Of a stretch of 64,000 nucleotides of DNA, positions 48,172 through 64,000 are shown one piece after another. This stretch comes from the human T2T-CHM13v2.0 reference genome, Homo sapiens. Location: the NCBI RefSeq assembly GCF_009914755.1, contig NC_060937.1. One strand, written 5' to 3'. Made by a program: the position numbers and the translations under genes. The number at the start of each line of letters is the position of its first letter. The first letter of the stretch is position 1. A model generated the notes under the pieces. That model saw only the letters and a program-made list of their open reading frames with translations, was not told the DNA's origin and did not search any database.

Positions 48172-49334
48172 ATCTTGCCATCACCTTTCAGCTTTGTAGA
48201 TTTTTACTTTCTATCTACTTCCTAGGAAGGACAAAAATAGTAACTTCCCTCTGCGCTCCAGAGCTCTATAAAAGCCAAAAGTTAGTTGGCTGAAGTCTGT
48301 GAAATGTGACTCACTCTGGGCACTTCATTTCTGTTGTTTGTCTGTTTGTTTGGGATGTGCATCGCAAGGTCCCTGAGTGTCACTTCTGAGGGCGGAGAGC
48401 TTGCTGTAGCAGACCTGCAGAGGCTTGCTTGTGGGGTTAACGAGGCCCTCCTGTCTCCTCCTCTTTCCCACCACGCCACTCACCAGGTCTATTCCTGGCC
48501 ATTTTCAGGCTCAAGGTCATCCCTGGAGGGAGTGGGATCTGGCAGAATCACATTTCTGCTGTCACCTCAGCATCTTGTAGTGAAAATGAACATCTGGGCA
48601 AGCATTTGGGAAAATATCTTGTGAAGAGCAACACGTAAGTTGAAAGAGGCATGCAGAGTGAGGAGCAGCCTCATCTCTTCTTTGGAAAACAGATGACAAT
48701 TTATGGTCTGATCATATGTCCTTGAGCTCATTCTGCAACTTCCTGGTAGAACTCCCTTCTTTCACATTTACAGTTTCTCTTTTTTATTTTAGAGCTTGTG
48801 AAGAGCTCTGTAAAAAGGTGGGGACCCAAGGAACTCACTGGCATTCACTTCAAGTGCCCTAAGAAAGCATCAACCTGTGTAATCGTGGTTATGTGGCCCT
48901 GTGTCTGCTTTTGTATGACATGAACCTACCATAATGATTTGCCCATAGAAACTTTCCAATAAAGATTTGATGAATAAGGGTATAGCTATTGTAGTTTCAG
49001 CTTTTCATGTTCTGCATTTTTGGTCTCTTATCCTGATTTTATTATTAGTGGTCCTGGGAGTGTCTGGCTCCTTTTCAGTTGAGCTAAGTGTTGTGTCTAA
49101 TTATATATTAGACATATTATGAAGAACCTTTGGCAATTTGAGAAAGGAATATGAGTGGGAAACTCTTAAAAGGATTGCACTTTCTCCTTCTTCAAAAGTT
49201 ATAACTTTGGAATAATTTCATTGTTATATCAAATACTTGTAGGTGTCAGAAGGTAGTTCTGCTGAGAATAGGAATTCTTGCTGTTTGGAGAAATTGAAAC
49301 AGAAAGGGATGGAGTTGGATTCTTCATACAGCAA

Positions 49335-49612
49335 AGTAGCTGCCATGATTTCACCAAGTAAATATTTGAGGCACTGCTGGTCACATGGTCTCTGCCATAA
49401 CTGCTCTGCTGTTGTAATGCCAAAGTAGTCATAGACAATCCATGAATGAATAAGTGTGGCTGTGTCATTATCAAACTTTACACCTAAATTTGAATTGCAT
49501 TAAACTCTCACATGGTCAAAAGAGTCTTACGATATGTTTTCCCCAACCATGGCTCACAGCTCCCAGAAAAATAGGTGATGGACTGTGTATCAGCCACCAT
49601 TTGCAGATACTT
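49335..49612. mobile_element. MER58B-like hAT-Charlie relic
   Basis: ggtctctgccataactgctctgctgttgtaatgccaaagtagtcatagacaat...aataagtgtggctgtgtc...aaacttta. Confidence 0.7.
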
Positions 49613-50139
49613 TTTTAGGAAAAAAAAAAAAAAAAAACCAAGCAGAACTGATTTTCCTTAGCTTCTCTGATCATTCATAATTGTCAGAATTTTAAGGAAT
49701 ATCGGCAGGCTCAGATCAGTGGAAGAGAAGAGCTACACTTCAATGTTTCAGTTATCCCACAGCCTTCTTCCTATCTAGTAACATGTTACAAAGAAAGCAA
49801 GGCTCAGACTGAATTCAGCCACACATTCAGACATTTACTGGCTAGTAGACCTCAGTGATGAGCCTGTATGTTTGGGAATGTCACAGTACTCTCTCCCTCA
49901 TGCTCTAACAAGCACTTTGCATGAAAGATTTACTCCAAGGCTGACACAGTGATCTTCCAACATCGGGATGCTTCAAAGTTCCAGCGATGTCTGTGAGCAG
50001 AGTTTCCCCTGGGTGGTGTGGGAACACGGGACTAGCATCCCAGATCAAGGAATTAGGTTGCCAGGCCTCTGTGATTCTCAAGTCTCATTCATGCAGTGGG
50101 AGGAGAGACTATAAAACCTTTTGGGCCAAATTCACTTTT

Positions 50140-50612
50140 TAAATTTTTTACTTTTTAAAAATTGGTAAAATATATATAATATAAAATTTACCATTTTAAC
50201 CATTTTACAGAGTATGTTTAATGGCATCAAGTGCATTCGTATTGTGTAATCTTCACCATTATCCATCTCTAGAACTTTTTCATCTTCCCAGCCTGAAATT
50301 CTATAATCGTTTAACAGTAACTCTCCATTTTCTCCTGCCCCCCAGCCCCAGGTAACCACCATTCTACTTTCTGTCTGCATGATTTCGACTACTTCGGGCA
50401 CCTCATATAAGTGGAATCATGTTGTCTTTGTCCTCTTGTGATTGGCTTATTTTGCTTAACATAATGTCCATGTTGTAGTATGTGTTAGCACTGCATTGCT
50501 TTTTATGGGGAAATAATAGTCCATTGTATGTGTATACTAGAAGTTGTTTATTCACCTGTGGATGGGCATTTTGGTTGTTTCAACCTTTTGGTTATTGTGA
50601 ATAATGCTGCCA
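50140..50612 (-). mobile_element. L1MB-type 3'-end fragment
   Basis: ggtaaaatatatataatataaaatttaccattttaaccattt...ccccagccccaggtaaccaccattctactttctgtc...cctcatataagtggaatcat. Confidence 0.88.
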
Positions 50613-52870
50613 ACCCCATAGCTTGAACAACACCAATTTCACCTATGAACATTTATTTTTAACATCTCTTCTGCCCATTAGTAAATCCTCATATTGATTT
50701 AGTTAATACTTTTTGAAAGCTTGCCATAGCCACCCCAAGTGTATAGATTCCTGTTTGAAGTACTGTAAATGGTAACTGTTCCTAAAGGTATAGATTAAAG
50801 TTTATATACACACATGCATACCAGTGTTTATACGGAAGCCTTTTAAAGTAAATAACTCAAGGCAGTATTACACAGGCAACAACATTTTCATTTTGTCAAT
50901 TTGTTTGTTATTCCCTAAACAATTTGAAAATATTCCACGAGAGTTAACTGTTAAGCTGCTGGTCTCTTCTGAATGAGGGATAATAATGAGTGGTGCCTGC
51001 TTAGACTTTGTGATGTGAAAGTTTCCTGAAGACACCTCCATCACCCGCGCCCCAAATATCTATGTCTCTTTTCCTCCCAGAAAAATTTTCGTAAGTTTGC
51101 TGTTGTCATAACTTAGCAACATTAGATGATCAGACATAGCTTAGGGACATTAGCAACTGTTAATTACTTGATCTTGCTAAACCTTTGCTCTTTTTGCCAT
51201 GATATGAGGAGGTTGTACCACCTTCCAATAGATGGATAGTTCTTGTTAATTTAACTTTTATGTCTGGAAAAATTTTGAAAATGGTGAAAACTATCTTGCA
51301 TCTACTATACTTAGTTTGTATTTATTCACTTAAATTTAGAAAGAATTAATAGAAAATAAATGTGCAATGAATTATTCTTTGTGGACATCAATCAGTTATC
51401 AATTCCAATAATAATTAGATAATAATAGATTGATTATTTTGAAGAAACCTATTTCCTCTTATCTAGTCATTTTGTGTGTTTACACATGTGGAGCTTTTGT
51501 ATTTTTACGTATTAGAAATTATAATAGTAAAGAAAAACTTTTGATATCCTCATAGCAACATTTTAAAATCATTACTTAGATATATTTCATATTATAGTTT
51601 ATAAAATTAAAATATCTACTTTAATGAAAATTTGCTAAGCTCTGAGCTAAACCTTTTCCCTATTCTATCTCCTAGCCTGTTACCATCATTTCCATTCTTA
51701 CAGATGAGGAATTGAGTTGTTAAGCATTTCCTTCTCACTTCACATAGTTAGTAAGTGGTAAGGTCAAATTACAATGTCACCTTTTAATACCCATATTAAT
51801 GTAATTGTTACTTAGATATCACACTAGAAATATGAAATTAAAATAAAGAACTGAAAATATCAGGAAGACTTGTTATTTTAAAAATCTCAAAAAATATAAT
51901 ACAAAAAATTTTCAAAAATGAACAGCACTTTCATACTGAGTGAAGGAAGAGCAAATCATGGTATCTTGCAGGATGAAAGGTTGTCTGTATTTTTGGACAT
52001 GAAATCATTGCAGTTTAAGGAACACCCAGCCCATGTGGAAACATAAGCTGGAACTACAAGCCCTTTCTGGGTTTATGTGGAAAAAAAAAATGTAGTGGCC
52101 ATGTTTCTGGTTCATTGTTAAGCTGTCAGGGTAACCTTGATGTCTAGATACTTAACTTTTTCTTCTAAGTAGTAGTAGATAAAAATTTCCCAGAGATTTT
52201 TCTCCATGTGTGTAGAAGTTTAGAGTCATGGAGGTATATGTAAGAAGCTGCCTTACTAATTCAGTGCACTATTAGATTGTTCATAGAACTGGAAATGTTC
52301 TTAAGAGGTCAGCTCATTTCTTTATGTTTATATGTATTCCTGGGAGTAAGAAACCTAGAGAGATGAGGAGATGGAGAATAGAGAGATAAGTATGGAGAGA
52401 GAAAGTGAAGAGACAGCAAGATAATTTAAATCACTGACAATTGTGCTCACATGCCCCAGGCCATGAATAAAACTGGGCCAGGATCAGCGTTTTGCTGCCT
52501 TAACTTTCTTAAGGTGATTGAAACTGAAAATAGTATTCAAATAGTCACGCAAAGAAGTGGGAGGGCTTCCGCCATATTCCTAAGAAAGAAATGATGAAAT
52601 TAACTGAGAGCCACAGAAAAACATCAAGCAAAGTAGAGTTAAAGGAACTGACTGAGAAAGTCACCTACTCTCTGGGTGATATTCACAAAACCCTGTATTG
52701 GGTACTCTACTGATGAATTTAGTATGTTTCCTTCAGGAAAGATTTTCTCTTTATGCACTGCCCTTAACATCTATTTCACCATAAACCATAACTCCACTGA
52801 ATGTTCTATTTTTTTAAATACTCATGGGTATGTAAAAAGAGAACATGATCATTTATTACAATATTCTTTT

Positions 52871-53000
52871 TTTTTTTTTTTATTATACTTTAAGTTTTAG
52901 GGTACATGTGCACATTGTGCAGGTTAGTTACATATGTATACATGTGCCATGCTGGTGCGCTGCACCCACCAATGTGTCATCCAGCATTAGGTATATCTCC
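52871..53000 (-). mobile_element. Severely 5'-truncated young L1 (L1HS/L1PA2 boundary), ~130 bp
   Basis: T-tail, then tattatactttaagttttagggtacatgtgcacattgtgc...cccaccaatgtgtcatccagcattaggtatatctcc; TSD CAATATTCTTTT at 52859-52870 and 53001-53012. Confidence 0.93.
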
Positions 53001-53277
53001 CAATATTCTTTTGTTATTAAGAAAAATAACAAATGACAATATAAAAGTCATTAAAACACTTAGAGATTTTGATTGTGGATATTTGATTTTTGTCCTTATA
53101 ATTTGGGCTTGATATCTTATTAAAAAGAAAATTAGTGATTGATGGACCATTTGCTTTTGATAGTCAACTTATTCTATCCTAGGGTCTTTAGCTCTAGAAC
53201 CATGCTTCTCAGTGGGATGTGGGTATCATAATCACTTTGGGAAGAATTTCACAACTCGCAGTGTTCCATTTTGGTGT

Positions 53278-54139
<862 letters not shown>

Positions 54140-54469
54140 GCTACCCTCTGACCTCCTCTCTAGCAAAACTGTAGTGACTACTAAGCTTTAATAACATATT
54201 TCCCAGTTTTTGTTACAAAATATTTTTATCATACAGAAAAAGTAAAGATAATGTATTAAGTACCATATATCCATCAAGCAGCTTAAGAAATAAATGATTA
54301 TAGATAAAAGTATTGGAGTATTTCTCTGAAATCCTAATCCTTCCTAGGAGCGAATTATTAACGTGAATTTGATGTTTATCATTTTCAAGAATAATGCATT
54401 TCCTCTTCTTTTAAAAATACATATATATTTATTTTTTGTCTCCTTTTCTAGAAATTTAATAAGATATAG

Positions 54470-58125
<3,656 letters not shown>

Positions 58126-59192
58126 CGTTAATATGTACTTGTAAACTTTTTTTTATTCTGCTGTTGTTTTAAGTAGGAGCTTAAGCATTAAACTACACGA
58201 AGAATCATGAGACACCCTATACTTCACACAAGGTCATAGGACATACCTTTATAAGTACTATTAAACATTATAAATGAATTTTAATCACAGAGTCAAGCAC
58301 TTTGTTCATTTGTTTTCAGTGTCCTATGGTGACTTTAATAGCAGGAGCAATTTGTTGGTTTTATTTAGCAAGACATTGGGTGGATTTCCATTCTTCCCTC
58401 CACAGGCTGTGAGAAAGATTTTTGACACTAACTGAGCTGCTTCAATTGGAAATTCACATTTTATGCAATAACAGGCCATTTTAATTTCATGAAGCAAAGG
58501 ATTGGCTTCTACTTGCAAATAGCACTAAAGAAAGCAGTGTTGTCGAAAGCAGTAGATAGATCTGTTGAATTAAATACAAGGCTTTCATTCCTTTCATTCT
58601 ACATTTCCTTATAACGTAAGCATTAATTAAACCCATCAGTGACTTCCTTCTTTCTGGAGAATGTTTTCTGTCTGACAAGAAATGTCAACTTAGCGAATGA
58701 GACCTACCATTAAAAACACACTCACTTGGACTTAGAGAAAAGCTGATGCATACCCAGGGACAGACTTGCAGAAAGAGAACCCAAGGGACAGTTATCATCT
58801 TTTCTTGCTTTTGGTGATGGGACTAAGTGTCTTTTGCCTTACTTGAGGTTTCCCGAGAAAAGCATACATAGCTGTATTACATCTTGTGTTGTTGTATCAC
58901 CTGATGTTTACTTGATGTATTAAAAATAAAAGCCAGGAAAAAATGCCACAGTATTTTGAAGTTTTAATGCACCTTCACTTATATGATGAGGAACAGAGAC
59001 TAAATATCGGGTTCAACTTAAGTCAACATGTTTGGAATGTTAGATACACTGATGTGCTGTGGCCCAGATAGAGTTCATGGGGATGGCTGGAGAAGTAGAT
59101 GGAACAAGCACCCTGAGATTTGAGCAAAGTGTTAGAGAAGTGAAATCTCTAACGTCTACCAAAAGTCCTTAGAATGCAATAGTGACATTTAA

Positions 59193-59369
<177 letters not shown>

Positions 59370-60991
59370 TGAAATGGTTTTCACTTCAGTTTGTTATAGG
59401 TGCACTTTTCTATGAGAATCTTGGTATCATATGAAAAATATTTTTTTAAAAAGGGAGCTTTTCTATCCCTCTTAAATATTTATAGCATTGTCTATTTTTA
59501 GAAAAAGCATGAGTTTTCTTGACAGTAATTTTTTTTTTTTTAGTAATATCTTGGTAAAACCTGGTTTAACAAAGAGCTGTTTTGCATTTGTGCTTTGCCT
59601 GTGAGATTTATTGTAAAGATTTAGCTCAAGTTTTCATTATTAGAGGAATTATAATTCAGGTTTTGTTATACTGCAGCTTGTCTAGTTTTCATATGGGGAT
59701 TCTCCTTAAAAAATAAGCGTAATTTAAGATTATTTGAAATATAACATCACATTTGAAGAGGAAAGGCTTGTTTTAAATGTCAGCAACACAGATTCCTTTA
59801 TTTTAGACTTTGCCATTGCAATCATATAGCACATTTTACATTGCAGTTATGCATTCTGTATAAGGTTTAGACCCTCTTTTGATATCCTGATTATAAGCAG
59901 TCAATGTTATTTCTATATTCTATTTGTTAAATAAACATTTTTATATTACAAATTACGACTGAAATTTCAGCACTGAATTTTCGCATTAGAGCCTGAATAG
60001 TTTGAAAATATTCAAAAGTAGTTTGATTCTTTGTAAGCAGTATCAACAATGATAACAATAAATTTAGTATTTTTAGAAGGTGTGTTGTCTTTAGTGCTCT
60101 AAGAAATGAATGTACCTTACCATGATTTCTTGTAAACCAGACTTGCACCTTGTGGTGAACCTTCTTTTGGCTCCGTTGGTCCTACAACATTACCCTAGAG
60201 CAAAAGAGCTGCTATTAATTTTCTTCTCTCAGTTCAGTCAATGCACAGCAGAGCCAGTTTAGGAAAGGTTGGCCAAAGTTTTTATGTTTCTTTTTTATTT
60301 CCTGTGTAGTAGGTAAAATGTTCCATTTTATTGCTGTTTTAAACTATTACAGCAACACTGATCTTTTTCAAATTGGTTCTCAAAGTTACGGAAGACAGGT
60401 CTACCTGGTATTTTCAGTACAAATGATGTGACACTTTCTGTGTAAGTGACCGGAGTTTGATCTTTCTGCAAGTGTGTTTCAACATCCTCACATTCTGTCT
60501 TTGGCTCTCCCTTGTGTATAACTATATGTGGATGTATATGAAAATAATTTTTATTTAGCGGTGATGCTGTGAATGTTGTTCCCTTAAATGCAGCTAGGGA
60601 GTACTTAGGGGTTACTCTTGATTATAGGTTACAAATCCAGTGACATTCAGAAGCCCCTGATAGGACTCTGTGTTTGGAGGACTACACTCTATCACTTCAA
60701 GCTACAGCAATTTGAGCTGTTTTGTCATTTGTTACATAAAGCAGGTGATAATGATCTGTTGCCAGTGATTTTGACTTGTGTCTCTGGGAAAACAAACAAA
60801 CAAAGAAAGAAACAAGAAAGAAGCTCTACTGCGTTTATAAAGCTGTACTCCAAAGTGATTTTAAAATAATTCCAGGACAGTATTCATGGTAGATGATATA
60901 TATTCTTTAACAAAAAAATATTAAATATTAGGTAGCTTTATGGAGAGTTGACATTTTTAAAACAAGTAAAGCGATTCACCAAGACTGAGCC

Positions 60992-61330
<339 letters not shown>

Positions 61331-61724
61331 TTATACTTACTTCTTGTATTATATCAATAACTTTTAATATCTTTGCATCTATAGTTTCTAATCCCACATC
61401 TGGTTTGTCTTATTAAAGAAACCTCTCTCCACTCTCTCACTTACTCCCTCCCTATAGGTATATAGGTATACTTTGAATTGTTCTAATGTGCCTAAGGGTA
61501 TGATGTCAATCAGTTTGACAGGACATTGATTTTGCTAAGATTAGATCTGACCTAAGGGAGGATGAATTCTTTAGCAACCACTCATCTTATTGCAGTTGCA
61601 TTGAGTTGGATGGGAGAGAAATTAAGATTTTGTTTTTTTTGGAGGCTTTCAGCCAGAGTGGGAAAAAAAAAAAGAGAATCTAAATGTGATTCTAATAATC
61701 TCAACTCCTGAAGCACTTAGACTT

Positions 61725-61756
61725 AATAATAATAATAATAATAATAATCATCATCA
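61725..61756. repeat. (AAT)n(CAT)n microsatellite
   Basis: taataataataataataataataatcatcatc. Confidence 0.9.
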
Positions 61757-63429
61757 ATTAAAAAGTCACTGTCACAATATCTGCTATTTTCTCTGGGCAG
61801 ATTCATGAGGGTCAGTTATACACTGGTATGATTTATTTTCTTTTGTCTCAAAGGTGAGCCTGCTAAGTCACCTTCCATGAGTGATTGTGCATTCATGTGG
61901 GTAGTTTTCCATTTTTTCCTTTCTTCCTCCCAAATACTCTCTCATGTCACTTATTGATGAATGTCAGTTTGATGTGAGCACAAAAGAAGTATCTAGGTCC
62001 AGTTATGGAATGTGACCCTCTTTGAGTTTTATTTTCCCACATAAAACCAATGGTACTATAAAAGACTTTGAGTTTATTTTTAGTAACTTCCTATTTGGTT
62101 AGTCATTTTGCATCATTGCTGGAGTCTCTTCATCCATCTTGTCTATTTTGAGGTTCTTCCTCTGTTTCTGCTTTCTCAGAGGTCTTAATTTGTCATTTGG
62201 ATTGTGTATGTCTTTGTTGGCTATATACTGTTTATGAAAAACCACTGCTTAATTAAAATTAAGAAAGGTTGATGACTTTTCTTTCTATTTTTATTAAGTA
62301 CAGCAGCAATTTAAATTGCATACATGTGATCCAGTCCAAGATATATTCAGAGAAGCTGAAGTCAATCACTGGTAATGATTAATCTCTGGTTATCACTTTT
62401 CTTACTGTATGAGAAATGCTTTGATTCCATTTAACTTTTTATTTTGTGGCAGTGGTGACTGTTTTGAAAATTTGAGATTCCAATACGGTTAACTTAAAAC
62501 CATATTCTATTTATTGTCTTACTTTCTCTGTCTTTTTTAAATTGATATTTTGATAACATTTAGAAGAGACACTATAATTTTATAATTTGTAAAATTATAA
62601 ATACTCATCGGATGGTAGGAAGTTAAAGTGGAATCAGTACGAGTTATTACCCAACCTTCCTAAGTTTCTATGCTTAGCTCCAGGATTAGCCTAGCATTCA
62701 TACCTGAGAGGCAACAAATTTTAGAAATACATAATATCAATTCCAGAAATTTTAATTCTTTGGCAGAGAATTTTCTCATAGCTGTATATCTTTTTTAAGT
62801 TTTTGAATATAGAATTAAAATGTCATGATAAAAGTCTATGTAATAGAGGTTTCTTGACATTGCTTCTCCAAGGGTCTGACAAGGTATTTGTTGTTTTGCT
62901 TTTTTTCTTATTTCTCCAGCCAAATCTCAATTTCTGGCTCTCATTACACATCCCTGTAAGCCTCTTATCCTTTGGTCTGGGTCCTGGCCACTGCAAAAGT
63001 TCTCCCTGAACTATGCAGGGATGTTCTCAATATGCTCTGTAGCCAAGCCCAGCTTTTCTGTTGCTCCCCAGGATTAAAATTTTGGATGGATGAAGACCCA
63101 ATCTAGTACATCAGGCAGAATGATCACATTACTCCCTTCCTTCTCACCTTCCTCTCCTCTGCCAAACACCCCAGGCAACAATAAACAAAAGCATATTAAA
63201 ACGTAGACAAGGGGAGAGTCATCTTTGTGTACTCACTCATTTTTAGTATTTTTGTGTTTAGTGATTAGCCTGTCAAATTGGCATTTGTGTCTAAGTCCTC
63301 TTTTGCTGTTGGCTACCAAGTAGCTCACGTGTAAGAGGAAATGGAGAACAGGCAAATATTCAGCTAGTAGTAGTAGTCATAAGAGGCAACATCTGACCCT
63401 GTTCCCTGCCCTTCATGGATTTTTAACCC

Positions 63430-63545
63430 TAGGTATTTGAGGCAAACTGCAGTGCAGTCACGCAGATGTTATAATAAATGGCAGAGTCAGGATTCCATCC
63501 CAGGCTGAGCACTCCTGGATCTCTGCTCTGAGCCACCTACCACAT
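63430..63545 (-). mobile_element. MIR fragment
   Basis: gtcacgcag...taataaatggcagagtcaggattccatcccagg...actcctggatctctgctctgagccac. Confidence 0.6.
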
Positions 63546-64000
63546 CATCTCTCCAGTGCTTTCCAGTTCCCAGATGTGCTGGCGTCTTGTGGTCAACACC
63601 GCCTATCCCTCTATCTCACCCTGCTGGGCCTGTCCTGTCCTAGTTATTGTGGGGAGGATGTGGAAATGACTGTCAAGGAAAAGTGGAAGATTTGTTTTTA
63701 ACTCCTACAAAAAAAAAAATTACCCACCTAAATATAGTCCAGCCCTCAAGGAATCTGGAGATTTGACAGGGTAAATGACTTGCCAAGTTTCCACTAAGAA
63801 TGTTGAATCCAAGACTGAAACCTAATACTTAAATCAAAATTAGAAATAGTCATGTTATATATAGGAAGTCAATACTTGGTTGAAATTCTCAATTTCTATT
63901 TCTTTTGAATGGATACTGTTGAAAAATTATTGATATTTCTTTAAAAGGGCAGTAGAAATATTGGTGGGTAAAGAATCTACCCATATCTTTGAGAAAGGCA

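Overview
AT-rich, repeat-dense primate genomic DNA (human or another great ape, judged from AluY and L1PA2/L1HS-type elements). I recognise no host protein-coding exon. Almost every long ORF in the track is LINE-1 ORF1/ORF2, Alu or microsatellite sequence. Main contents: (i) a 5'-truncated L1PA5-like element flanked by an apparent ~170-bp target-site duplication; (ii) next to it, a full-length 6.07-kb L1PA2/pre-Ta-like L1 with nonsense-disrupted ORF1 and ORF2, an intact antisense ORF0 and a composite poly(A) tail; (iii) a NOP56 processed pseudogene with a twin-priming 5' inversion; (iv) a ~130-bp L1 3' end with mixed Ta/non-Ta diagnostics; (v) an L1PA3 nested in an older L1MA that is probably also 5'-inverted; (vi) six Alus, several solo LTRs, DNA-transposon relics and MIR/L2 fragments; (vii) three adjacent long inverted repeats at ~37 kb and a stuttered templated duplication at ~34.7 kb. 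Every L1 body and the retrocopy lie on the minus strand, which suggests an intron of a + strand transcription unit. I found no evidence for a new multi-gene system; the interesting signals are retrotransposition and repair footprints. Repeat subfamily names come from recalled consensus features and need RepeatMasker/Dfam confirmation.
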